A stretch of 59,329 bases of DNA, the filler included, from Circinaria calcarea (lineage: Eukaryota), in the NCBI GenBank assembly GCA_051942165.1. It is 5 parts of 5 records of this genome, joined end to end, with 100 filler letters (N's around TTAATTAATTAA, not from the genome) between each part and the next. Parts side by side here need not be neighbours in the genome. Positions count along the whole stretch, not along the records: positions 11,898 to 23,688 come from JAVECS010000643.1; positions 23,789 to 35,575 come from JAVECS010000644.1; 3 more parts are not named here. The stretch is one strand, 5' to 3'. The notes below the pieces were generated by a model. The model was given only the letters and a program-made list of their open reading frames with translations. It did not search any database and was not told where the DNA came from. Made by a program: the position numbers and the translations under genes. How positions within the stretch are numbered: position 1 is the stretch's first letter; each line of letters starts with the position of its first letter. Shown here one piece after another: positions 13,205-26,539 of the stretch.

Positions 13205-14253
13205 TCATGGCAAGCTAACATCACTCGTCTTGGATCCACTCCTCTGCGGCCTCGAAACAAGAGGTCCGTCATCTTTGGCGTCATCTTTGACTGATGAAGG
13301 AGGCGTAGGGAGTTCCGGCCGTGGAGAAAGTGTGAGCCGAGTTCCGTTGGTTATTCCAGTCATCACAGTAGTCTCATCGAAACTCTCGATGAACCGCTCG
13401 TCCAAAGATCGAGCCTTATTACTGGCATACTTGCGATATTCCGCAATGATCGCCGGGGTCGTCCAGTCATTAACTTTCCGGTAGCATGCCACGATACAAC
13501 CGGTACGGTGCTGCAAAGCTCGTTAATGCCAACTTATGAATAAATAATAAATTACTATGCTCACCTTTCCCTTGTTGCAGTGGATAAGAACTGGATGGTT
13601 GCGCCGGTCGAAGAGTATCTTGAGGGTCTCTGCAATGTTTTCGAGAGGGATAGTGACAAATGGATCTTTGTGAGCAGGAATCGGAATTTGGAAATGCTGA
13701 ATGCCATGCTCTTTCAAGAAATGTACATTCTCGGTAGGGTATTTCTCGGGTACCAAAGTCCTTTGAACAGTCAGCATATGCATCTCTCTTGTACTAGAAG
13801 CGTGAAACGTACAAGATGGTCTTCAATCCGAGCGTCTTAAGATGCTCGAAATTACCGATCCTCGGGAAGCTACTGCGATAAATCCCAGGGGCAACCTCAG
13901 CAAAGTTGGGAGCTGGTCCGACCGTTGGCGATGATGGCTCGCTTTCCTCGACACTACTTATGGCGGAGAACGCTGCCATGCACACGTTAGATATGTCAAA
14001 GGCAGTGAAGATGACCATGATTACAGGCGCAAATGAATGCATGAGAATAGATAGGAATAGTACCGGAAACCCCAGGATCCTCGTAATTCGTCTCTTTCAT
14101 ATTCGGCTTAGACTGGTCGGAGGATATGACGAGGGGTCGATGGATAGTGACCCGGCCCCCATCGTGCTCCATTGAAGTCTCCGTACGGAGCGAAGTGTTT
14201 GTACGACGGTTTTGAATTGGCAGATGTTCGCCTGCAGGCAATGGAAATAACAT
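13205..14253 (-). CDS. Siw14/OCA-family atypical tyrosine/dual-specificity (inositol pyrophosphate-type) phosphatase
   Basis: Exons about 14253 (or 14172)-14064, 13972-13813, 13760-13565, 13510-13205. Motifs PNFAEVAPGIYRSSFP and spliced catalytic loop LIHCNKGK|HRTGCIVAC. A 5'-UTR intron lies at 14514-14444. Confidence 0.88.
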
Positions 14254-15138
14254 GATTCCTGGTTCGAAGAGTGGGCCGCCCGGACGAGGAAGTGTCGACC
14301 TGAGGGTGGAATGAAGCGAATGGAGAGGGAGGGGCGACGAGCAAGGTTGTCAAGCAAAAGAGAACTGACTTCAAACACACTTCAGGTAACTACCGAATCA
14401 CCGGGATCCAGCGATGGGAGTCTGCGGATGCAGACGGGGGGAACTGTAAAAAGTAGTCAGTTAGCAGGTCAATAATAGACTGTGGAGGATGAAGCCTCTA
14501 GAGGGGTGTTGTACCTGTCTCCTAACCGGATACTATCGACATCTCGAGCGAGAGAAGCGGGTATGGATACAGATACTAGGCATCTGTTTCAAATCCATGC
14601 TGAGATTTTTGAATTTCGCCTTCGCCGCCCGTGTACTCCTGCTCGGAAATGTGTTGAGGGTTCGGTGGGAGAGAAGAAAAACGAAGTTGCGGAAGGCGAA
14701 ATTAATAGGAGGTTCAGAGGGGGTGGACCTAAAGGTTTAAAATTTGCGGTGTCGATTGTGGTAACTGAGCGGAAACCGGGATCGGAATTGGAGTCGGAGT
14801 CACAAGCCAAAGAAAGGGACTTGTGGTTCGGGTGCAAATGCGCGTAGGGCTGAAGTCCTTTCATGCGTCCAAGAGCCGCCCGAGTCCTCATGGCGAGAGT
14901 CAACCCGGACCATCTATATGTGTCAAGTTACACAACACGGCTTGTAAGGCTTTTAGCTAATTTACACCAAGCTGGCAATAGTGCAGTCAGGATTTCTCTA
15001 TTTGGCTGCTGTAACCAAAGGTTGATACCCGCTTACCACGGTCAAGCTATGTGTCTATGAGAGATGATGCCTGATCCGGAAACTCCCGAACCTGTCCCAT
15101 GCCATCTACTGGTATTAAAATGTCCTAGCGGTACCCTT

Positions 15139-16436
15139 CTAATGCGTAGATGTTTCACCGAGACCAAACATCTTGATCGAGTTATTCCACGCCCTGTGGG
15201 GTACATCAGTCACGGACGGACGCCATGCTTCGCCAAATGAAGACTTACGCTTCGCACACCTCCTCAATCGATACCTCTTTTACGCTGGCAATGACATGAG
15301 CCACATGCGCGATCGTCGCTGGCTCATTTCGCCCTTTCACCATGAGCCCCATTTCCCACTTCTCCTTTCGGACGGCTCTGGGTAACGGCGGCGCTGCTCC
15401 TTTGTGTTTGGCAGACGCATGGGAGGCCCTCATCTCACACTATGCATAACGAGGTGAGCAATACGGCAATACGGCAATACCTCCTCATCCATTGCTCACA
15501 TACCCATGGTCCGTCCGTTTCGATTTGCAACCTGTCCAAGGGGATGGCTCGCACAACGTCTAGATTCTCCTCTGTCTTCATGCTGCATCCGTTCACTCCG
15601 ATATCTAAACCCATTGCTAAGAGATGCTTCATCTCTTCCATTGTACCAGTAAAGCTATGGACCAGACCTCTCATTGGCAAGCGCGGCAGCCGAGACCGCA
15701 AGATTCTCTCAAAGTCTTCACTCGCAGCTCGTGAGTGGAGGAAGAGGGGCAGTTGAACCTGGACTGCAACATCGAGCTGTGCCTCAAAATACTTGAGTTG
15801 CTGTTCCTTCTCCGTCAGATAGAGGCGGTCATAGTCAAGTCCGATTTCTCCGAATGCTGTAGCGTAGCCGGCTTTCTTTGACTCGATCGCAAGTGTTTGT
15901 AGATCTCTCAAGAGAACGTCGGGACCATCAGGGTAGGTATCAAACGTCTTCGCCGAGCAGGGATGGACCCCAATAGTCGCATAGCAGAGTCCAGCTACGA
16001 GAAATCTCAGCAACCACGGCGCGTAGAAGTTGAAAGCGTTTCCAGTAAAGCAGGAGTCACCTACGGTGTTCCTTCGCCATCTTGACTGCCTTTCTTGACT
16101 CCTCTAGATCCGAGCCTGTGACCATGAGCTTGACGCAGCCAGCCTCCACTGCACGTTGCAGCACACTCTCAAGATCATCCTCGTGCGCCTTTTTACCGTG
16201 GTAGATTCCTCGAAAGATTGGGTCGCCGAGATTGATACCGACCTGAAAGGGGTATGAGCAAGGTTATGGTATTAAAAGCGTCGGATGGAGCCCAGACCTA
16301 CGTCTGCGAACCGGAGCCTATTGGATGGGACTGCAACTACCTCTCCATTGACAGTGGGGATGGGTGATGTCGGCGTGACAGCTTTTGCAGGCGTTTGGTC
16401 CTGATTAGGAGCTGGCCTATCCGCAACCACTATCAT
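15139..16436 (-). CDS. TatD-family deoxyribonuclease
   Basis: Multi-exon. Motifs VGINLGDPIFRGIYHGK, TIGVHPC, GEIGLDYDR, LFLHSR, VHSFTG, IETDGPW, KGRNEP. Last exon AWNNSIKMFGLGETSTH* ends at 15139. Confidence 0.9.
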
Positions 16437-16896
16437 ACCGAAGCATAAGCCAGCCGCGACTTCCCATGGCCGAATTCACTTACTGCTGTGGAGTTCACTT
16501 CTTAGCCCAGTAAAACTAGTTGGTCGGGAGAAACCCGAAATAGAACGAATTGCTTTCAAAGAAATATTCATCGGACATGTTTATGCTTCAAGTTGATCGA
16601 GCCAATCGATAACGCCCCGCCTAACACAACCTTGAGCGTTTAGAAGCTTTATCTGGTTCTACCTACCTCATTACAGCAAATGAATATTAGTTATGCTCAG
16701 GCAGTACGCTCCATTAATGTATGTATCCACATAAAGTTTACTAGCTTGCGTAAAGGGAAGCTAAGAGGTACAATACGGCATTAATATCGTTCTCGAGTAT
16801 CTCGCCGAAATAGCCATTGATTGTATTCGTAATCCTTTACAACCGGGCTTACCCGTATCTGCGTACACTTTAACTCTTTCACCTACAGCCCTATCC

Positions 16897-18551
<1,655 letters not shown>

Positions 18552-18735
18552 GATGATGATTTGTATACGTGGGATGAAAGCGGCGGATATACGGTACGAT
18601 ACTTCAACTCTGATAATAATCCAAAAGGGTATCACTCGAAGTATGTAAAGGCTACGCAGGTGGCAAGGAGAGAGAAAATTTTGCCGGAGAATTGAGGGTG
18701 TTCGTGTGATATCAAGGAGAACCCAAGTCAACCAT

Positions 18736-19107
18736 CCAATTCGACTAGTGACGCCAGTCTCAGCACCAGTTTAGGCACCGAGGGCACTTCCTACCAATGA
18801 GAGTCTTCTTTTCGAAGGTCGGGCGTCTCCTGGATCGGAGGATTAAGATACTAAGAGCTGTAGGTCAAAGGTGGGACCGCGGAAATCTGCATCGAATGGC
18901 ATTGCTCATTTTTTGTTGTCAATGCGATAAAGCTCTTATCGCGGACCCAGAACCCCGGCCGAAGCATTTGCAATCGTTAACCCCACCATGACCCTTGTCG
19001 TAGATCAACCCCACCGAAGAATTTCCCCAATATATCCCACTGAGACGCGGGGATGCCTTACTATAGTAGCAGGCATAACAGATGTTAGTGTGGTTGTCTT
19101 GCGATAA
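18736..19107. promoter_or_regulatory. gdhA upstream CCAAT boxes and GATA sites
   Basis: CCAAT at 18736 and 18794; inverted GATAA pair GCGATAA-N5-TTATCGC at 18924-18942; another GCGATAA at 19101-19107. Confidence 0.5.
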
Positions 19108-19513
19108 TGTAAGGGCCTCTACCAGAGAAACCCCTACGAGCCCTACGGGTGAACTATACCGAAGTCACGAGGTATTGGCTTAGCGAGGAAGGCTTTCTCG
19201 CGAAACGTTACATCAGAATTCTTTAGCAATAATTCATACGCTATGCGAATCAATTGAGCACATTGTCACACAATTTACCGACCCTTAATCGTAAGATCAT
19301 TATACTATTCTTAAAGGATCCTTATAGATAATCATAGAAGGCCCAAACCACAAACGACAGTTTGATTTCATACAGAAAGACGGAAAATTCTCCATATTAC
19401 ACCTCTTTTTAAAAGAATTCATACAGCCTTTGCTGAGTGTACCTGGGTTGGTCGAAACCCACGCTAACATCTATTGTCCCTGCAACCATAGTATTAGCTA
19501 GGGGATTTTGAGT

Positions 19514-20587
19514 TCAGTCAGCATCCAAAGGATCCCAATCCGTAATGAGGCCTTCATCAAGCCCGTCCATCGTCGCCATGTCCTCTTTCGCAATCTCGAA
19601 GCCGTCCACCTGCCCGTTTGCGATAATCCGGGATTTCGTAACACTCTTGGGTAATGGTACATATCCGTGCTGTAAACTCCATCGGATCATCAGTTGTGCA
19701 GGAGTGCAGGAATACTTCTTCGACAGCGACGTGATGACAGGATGTTTCATTCGCATGGCTCGAGCAAGCGGCGCATAGGCTTCCACCACTATATCGTGCT
19801 GTTGACAGAAGGAGGTGAGCTCTGTTCGGGTATTGAAGGGATGGACCTCGATCTGATTGACAGCCGGATGCACCCGCGGTTGCGAGGCAAGGAGTTCTTT
19901 AAGCTACACCGTTGTCTCAGTATGGTATTGAGGCGCGCTGTGGCAAATTCGGAGACTGACATGCTTCATCCCGAAGTTACTAACGCCTCCAATCTTGACC
20001 TCGCCTGCCTCGATGGCGTCCTCAACAGCTTTCCAAGACTCGAGTCTTAGAGCCTTGCCTCCGTAAGGACTGTGCAGGAGGAACAAATCAATGTATCCTA
20101 GTCCACTTTGCTGTACCGACTGTGCAATTGACTTGCGAGCCTTTTCATAAGTAGTATTCGATGCGAGTTTCGAGGTGAAATGTATGTCTTCACGCTTGAG
20201 GCCGGATTTGTTCTCTGGACCGCTCAGAAACGCATTGATCGCATTCCCAGTTTCCCGTTCGTTATGATACATCTGGGCAGAATCGATCCTGAATCGTGCC
20301 GTCAGTACACACTGGTGTTCATCTCGGAGCATTGACCTTACGCTCGGTATCCTGCCTGAGTATCACGGACTGCATTAGTAGTAGACTATTGTAGCATGAC
20401 AACATTCTACCTCCAAGGCCCATTTCACGGCGTTAAAGGTCTCCTTCCCAGATGTCAGGTAGACGCCAAGATGGATCTGAGGCATGCTAAGGCCATTCGG
20501 CAGCTACTAGGGTCAGCTTCCCCTAGACAAGTCCAACTCTCTGCTTACCTTAACACGGCTACTCAAAGAGAAGGACTTCTGCGCCAT
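19514..20587 (-). CDS. Aldo-keto reductase
   Basis: Start [13 protein letters not shown] then an intron. Motifs [57 protein letters not shown]. Several short introns. Confidence 0.92.
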
Positions 20588-22050
20588 GTTGTTGATATCG
20601 TGATTAGTATATATAAAGTATTCTGTGCGAGTATATACTCCAAGAGGTAGATTTAAAGACTTAAGATAAGGAGTATTGAGTATGACATCATCCTGATCGA
20701 TTGGCGAGATCTCCAAATATGTCCTGGACAGTGGTGCAACAAACTACTTGTGATAGCTCAATTGGTATAGAAAGAAGTAGAGTTGGTGAAGATTGATCAC
20801 TTTTGCGGGATGCTGCTATACGACTGCGAAGTAGAGACACCAATGATTTCGGAAGCATGAAAAGCTACACAGGTAATTTGATAAAGCTTGCTCTTCTTTG
20901 TGTAAAAGGTGGCAGGGGATTTTGACTATGTATAATGGAGATCTCAAAATGAAGCAGAAGTGTCTATTATGGGTAGCGCCGTCTACCCTGGCCTTCGAAT
21001 GTCAGGCAAATCCGTAGCTTTGAGTGAGATGCTCGTCTTCAGCGCCAAAAAGGGGAGCGGCGGTAATGACATTTAATGAGTAATTGTATTGGTTACTATG
21101 ACATGCAGATGGCCTATCCCTACAGATCCTGAACCCGGTGTAAGGGTGATCCCAAAGTATTCGGAAAAGCTTGAGAGTAGGTAATGGTGTGAAAGTGCAA
21201 TATGCATGCTGTGGATCGTCGGAATGCTTGCCTGCATGTTGAGCCGCAAGTCAGGAAAGCTATATCGAGATCCAGAGTCTTGGGGTAGTTGCATCCCGGA
21301 AATCGCATGGAGGTTGCATTCATGCTCAGTTTGACCCGAGCAGCTCCGTGGCAACAACAAGGGAACCTGGACGCCATGCTGCAGGGTAAGCCACGAGGTT
21401 ACCGGCCAGGGGAGGGATACTAGCCCTGGATGAGAATCTATACTAGCATCTCACAGACAAGATCGAACAATGAACTGCGAGCAAAAGCGATTCGGGATGA
21501 TATTTGGAGTCCCATTGGATTACAGGCACACCAATATGCACCCCGGGGAGTTGAGCAGTCATAGTTCGGTGAAGGGGCATATGGAGATCGGAAGGCTCGA
21601 TCGAAGACGGCGATGAAGCTGGGGTGACCCGATGCCCTGGTTCGGGTGGGTTGGAGGCGGGCGGCGGAGATGAATTATTTTTCGGACTTGGAGAGGCTTT
21701 GGGGCTTGCAGCGAGCGGCGGTGCTTCTGGAGCAGCGATTGGGGATAATCAGCACAACATGGTATTAACCAGCCAGCCAGTTCCGGGGCCCGGCTGTCGT
21801 GTGTCAGGGAGGCGAAGTCGTATCCTGGTTACTGGAACCTATTTCGATGACTCTGGTACAGTAGACATGTGGCAGCAGGGAGATAGCGGTGGCAAAGCCA
21901 TGTCCGGACTGAGCAGGTCGCTATTCTTGTTGTGGAGCTGGAGAGAGAGTGGCTGACGAGTACAGGAGGGTGAACAGTCGGCGATCTTGGCCAACGTCCT
22001 GATCATCCATCCTCTATATCATCATCATCACTCTGATTCACTCAACAATC

Positions 22051-22227
22051 ATGTCTACTGTCTTCAAACCACCAGGCCCTCCGAAGCTGAGACGACCTGC
22101 TTCCCACAAAACCGAGTCTCAGGCGAAGAAGCCTCTGTCGGGGCAGAAACGGGACAGACGTGAACATTTCCCCCCAACGTTAAACCGGGCTAAACATTCA
22201 CCCATGGATGCTTTCAAACTCTTTTGA
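22051..22227 (+). CDS. Candidate uORF or small basic protein (58 aa) upstream of the 22466 gene
   Basis: ATG in strong fungal context (CAACAATC-ATG-TCT). Peptide MSTVFKPPGPPKLRRPASHKTESQAKKPLSGQKRDRREHFPPTLNRAKHSPMDAFKLF*. Below the ORF-track length cutoff. Confidence 0.35.
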   Translation: MSTVFKPPGPPKLRRPASHKTESQAKKPLSGQKRDRREHFPPTLNRAKHSPMDAFKLF

Positions 22228-22465
22228 CCGCATCATTGACGCTATCACACGCTGCCTTGGAGCTTGCTAGTGACTAGAACCTCAGACAAACTGCTCGTTC
22301 AGTTTGTGCGTGTCAGCATCTCTCTGTGCTCAAGTGAAAGCCCGCCTCCCGCAGACAGCTTTTACGAGAAAGATCGGAGACCACTAGTTTACCGTTATTT
22401 TGAAGGTAAGCACTAATGATACCTACCGCCCACTGCTCCTGCTGAAACCATTTCCCTTGCCCCAG

Positions 22466-23389
22466 ATGGATTTCCCCCAGTCTTCTAGCGCCGACCAAGC
22501 ACCGCAACAATACCAACCCAACAGCTCAGCACAGCTGCAATATGAGCCCAGCAGCTCGACACAGCAGTTCCGTGTTGCGACGGACTCCAACAGCCGTTAC
22601 TCGCAATCCAATGACCCAGCACAGCAACCGTTCCAGCATGCCAACTTCACCAATCCCACGGAACCCGTCCCTTCGGGCCCTCCTCCCCAGCGCGCCGATG
22701 ACCCCCAATTCGAGATATTCGAATGGTACCCCAGATACCAAAGCTGCCAGCGCTATTTCGTCGACCATGCCCAACACAGTGGGCCTGTCCAAGCCGTTGC
22801 CGCCTTCATCAACATCAGTCTCCCCTTCCAACGTCTACCAAATCCGATCCTAAACTCCTCGTCTGGCCGCTCTCCAAACCTCCCCGGTCCCTCATCCTTA
22901 TCCCCCAACCACGGTTTCGCCTTCCCCTCTCACGGCCCTCCTCCGATGAACCAACCGTCGTATTCCCCAAACAATTCGATGGTCTCACTCATCCCCTATC
23001 TTCGCCGCCTCGTCGTTACCGGCATGGATTTTCCCGGCGTTCTGCACGGTTTCTTCGGGGACGACTGGAGCCCCGGTATCGGTCCTCTGCACGAACAAGA
23101 ACGGCGCAACTACCTCTTCGCGGCCAAGAGCGGAGGCTGGGCGAGCGTGAAGAAAGACTACGATATGCCACCGTTGGAGACAGTCCCATTTCTAAGACCC
23201 TTACAAGGGCCTGTAGATGCGGAGATCTTGGCCGCGGAGAAGAGTTGGAGTGAGTGGTTGGCAATGGAGGATTGGATGGTGGGGCCGCGGGCACCGGACA
23301 GCATGGAGGAAGGGAGCTCAGCAGGGGGCGCGAGCAGGGGCAGAGGAGCGACGAGCGGAGGAGGAGGAGGAGGAGGAGGGGCCAGATAA
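22466..23389 (+). CDS. Conserved fungal hypothetical protein (family often auto-annotated 'ILP apoptosis inhibitor'; function unverified)
   Basis: ATG directly after an intron acceptor (GTAAGC about 22406 ... CCCCAG 22465). Conserved-looking core FEIFEWYPRYQSCQRYFVDHAQH, LIPYLRRLVVTGMD, ERRNYLFAAKSGGW, WSEWLAMEDWMVGPRAP; Gly-rich (GGA)n tail. Confidence 0.85.
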   Translation: MDFPQSSSADQAPQQYQPNSSAQLQYEPSSSTQQFRVATDSNSRYSQSNDPAQQPFQHANFTNPTEPVPSGPPPQRADDPQFEIFEWYPRYQSCQRYFVDHAQHSGPVQAVAAFINISLPFQRLPNPILNSSSGRSPNLPGPSSLSPNHGFAFPSHGPPPMNQPSYSPNNSMVSLIPYLRRLVVTGMDFPGVLHGFFGDDWSPGIGPLHEQERRNYLFAAKSGGWASVKKDYDMPPLETVPFLRPLQGPVDAEILAAEKSWSEWLAMEDWMVGPRAPDSMEEGSSAGGASRGRGATSGGGGGGGGAR

Positions 23390-23688
23390 AATCCAGAGAG
23401 TGTTATTTTAAAGTGAACAAGGTGGAGGATCGGGGCACATACGGGCCAACTAAAGTTGTTTCATAATAAAGCAAGGAAGGAACTTGTGACCGGGGGGGGA
23501 ATATCTCGCATATAAGGACCTCGGTTTTTCCATGGGCCTGGCATTTCATATCTATTTATCCATCATTCATGCTTGATTTTTTTACCGCATAGCATCCAGG
23601 GGGCATTCTTTGTAAACGGCGGTAGGACGGATAGGGTCGGGTCGGGTACAGTTGAGAAAATATAATAAAATTCATATATAGTTTGGAC

Positions 23689-23788
23689 NNNNNNNNNNNN
23701 NNNNNNNNNNNNNNNNNNNNNNNNNNNNNNNNTTAATTAATTAANNNNNNNNNNNNNNNNNNNNNNNNNNNNNNNNNNNNNNNNNNNN
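23689..23788. other. Artificial contig-joining spacer
   Basis: 44 N + TTAATTAATTAA + 44 N. Confidence 0.98.
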
Positions 23789-23863
23789 GGATGGTGGCAA
23801 AGGGGGTAGAGAAGGGTAGGGAATAAGAAAAAATAGGAAGAGGGCTTTTGGGTCTAAGCAACG

Positions 23864-24046
23864 GAAGCGAAGCGAAGCGAAGCGAAGCATAACTTCTCGA
23901 GTCCCTTTTCCTTGACGGATTCACAAAAATCGGGTTAGTTTGGATACAAACGTCTTTTTTTGGGGGGGAAGTTATTACACTTTCATTCTCCATTGCATCT
24001 ACGTATAAGCTAGGCTATGCTATGCTATGCTATGCTATGTTATGCT
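23864..24046. repeat. Pentanucleotide microsatellites (GAAGC)n and (GCTAT)n near the contig end
   Basis: gaagcgaagcgaagcgaagcgaagc at about 23864-23888; gctatgctatgctatgctatgctat at 24014-24038. Confidence 0.85.
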
Positions 24047-24591
24047 TCTCCACGCCCATAGGTAGTTTAGTTGGACAGATAACGAGAACGAGCAAAGCAA
24101 GGCGGGGCAGAAAGAAAAACCCCCTCCCCCGAGCGAGCTAAGGTAGCTAGCCAAGTCCTTCCTTTCTCTAAACCGTTTAAAACAGAGAGAGAAAGAGAGA
24201 ACAGATAATTGCTAGTTTCGAAAGGCCCCCTCCCGCGGGGGTACCCGGAAAGATACTTGCGCCACCAATGTTTAGTTCCCTCCCCCACCTTTTCCTCCTC
24301 CGATTTCTACTTGGTAGGACGAAAAGGACATCTACCAAGCAAGTCATTTTCTCGCAACGCAAGAGACAAGGAGGTTTTTCAAATCCGGTAACAAAAAGAC
24401 AGTGGCGGCCCTGCGCCCTATGATTTCCCCGCCCCCCCCAAAAATATCTAGGGCCATGGGGATCTATCTACCAGCCAGCCAGCCAGCCAGACTTTCTAGC
24501 AACACCAAAGAGAAAGGGAAGTGCGCCTACTTATTACACCATACCAATCAAGTCCACAAGTAAGCGCAAAAGGGGGATAGATACAAAGAAT

Positions 24592-26089
24592 TCACAACCT
24601 CTCCCTTTCCACCCTTCCGCCCAAGTTCCGGCTCAGACCGGCTGCAGCCCACCATTCATCCGGGACTTCCTCCCTCCTCTCCATGCGGTCCAGAATTGCA
24701 TGCATTTGCGCCAACTCCAGATCCCGATCTGACCGCCTTCTCGCCCGGCTGAATTGCTCCGAAATCTGCTGCGACGCTCTCCGCGACGCCTCCAGCACGT
24801 TTGCGGAATAGCGGCTCGGATCCGGGGGCGGGGGTTCGCCGGCTTGGCGCGCTTCATTGAACAAGTCCTCTTCGTACTCGCGGTATTCGGCGTAGTCGGA
24901 GTCGGAGGACAGTTCCTGTTCGTCGCAGATGGGCGGGTAGATGTTTAGGGTATCGGTCGAGGAGGGAGCGGTAGATGAAGGAGCTGTGAGGAGGGTTGTC
25001 GAGGAGGAAGTGGAGGATTGGGACGGGTCGGAGATCATAGCTGAGGCGGCGGAGGTGAAGGAGGTACTCGCCGTGCTCGGTAGGTAGTCGTCTGGCGTGA
25101 TGGTTGTGAGCAGAGTCTCCCATTGGTTCTCGTCAGGACTGAAGCTTCTTCGTCGATCGCCAAGACCGTCGATTTGATCTTCTGACGAGTTGTGGCGGCG
25201 GGAACGCCGGTTAGGATACGATGACGGCGTCGGTTCGGGATAATCAGCAAAGTTAGGCCCAGATCCATCTCTTGGTCCGGATGAGTCCTCTGCCTCGGGT
25301 GGGCTAGTGGTGCTGTCAAACCTATATGCTGGGGCGAATCCAGGAGTGAGCGATGCTGCTCCCGGGAACGGTGCTGTCTGTCTGGGACGAGTCCGGCGAG
25401 GTTGAGCATTGTGAGTCATATGGGATGTAGCCATGTGCTCCGGCATGGGAGATCTCCTAGCAGCCCTCGATGGAGGTGCGCCCCGGCTCCAGGAACGGGG
25501 TGGTGATGAAGGAGCAGTCTCATGTCTCAGGCTTGACTCTGGGGTTTGTCTCATACGATGCCCCGGACGCTCGTAGCTCAGTGCATCTCGAAGTATTGCG
25601 CGACCGCTTTCCAGTCGTCTTCTATTACTAGCCTCTGCCCTTGCAAGATCAGCGTCAGCTTCAACGTCTTGATCGATGCCGCCGCCACCAATTCTGGAAG
25701 CTGATGGGGCTGTGCCGGCGGTATTATCGCGATCGCGGTCGCGACGTATTATCTCAAATAGAGAACGATGGTCCACGGTTGTGTTTCGTGCTCGAGAGCG
25801 TTGACGTGCTATGCTGGGGTTGTGTACATGATTATATCTAATGGTAGGTTGCCGGCGAATGGCTGATCGCGCAACAGCAGAGGGTGGCACCGGCTTCACT
25901 TTGGTAGCGGCCTTGGTTTGGCTTTCTCCCGGTTCGCGGAACATGCTGTATACATCAACGCAGTCAGCATAAGACCGTGGCCTGACTATGATGTTTGCAT
26001 AACAAGGCCGACGCGCGCATCAAGTAGGTAAAACCGACGGGAAATCGATCATCGCAACAAACCGATCACTCAACTTACGGGAGACCCAT
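24592..26089 (-). CDS. Conserved hypothetical, largely disordered Ser/Arg-rich protein
   Basis: Micro-exon ATG GGT CTC CC (26089-26079), GTAAGT intron, then spliced MGLPMFREP into the 450-aa ORF. Motifs DGLGDRRRSFSP, WETLLTTITPDDYLPS, EVPDEWWAAAGL. Confidence 0.8.
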
Positions 26090-26539
26090 TTTCGAGACGT
26101 CAGTTAACAGCTTCGATAAGTCTATAGATATCGATCCGGCGATCACGAACAATCAAATAGCGTGTCAACTTGAGCTTCAAAGAGCACGAGAATTGAGTTG
26201 GCGCAAGATTCGGATAATGACTGAGGTGTCCAGGTTGGCCCTTCGCTCTCCCTCTGCCGTCGGGTTTGAAAGGAGGCAGCGCGAGGTTTAGGTTCGAGCA
26301 GCCTAGGGCTTAGCGTAGAAGCTCGGGTGTCCTGATTGGTGGCCCAAGCACGAATGATCTCCCAGTTCCAGCCTCCAGCCGAAGACTCCTGTTTCATCGC
26401 GTGTGTTGACGTCCATCCATGTATGAATGAGTCAATCCCAGCGTGGCCATGGAGAAGCCTATTGTAACGCGCGCAGCTTTGTAACCGTTCTGTTTATCCT
26501 CTGCTACAGAGTAGTTTGAGGGGTGAGAGTCATGCTGCA

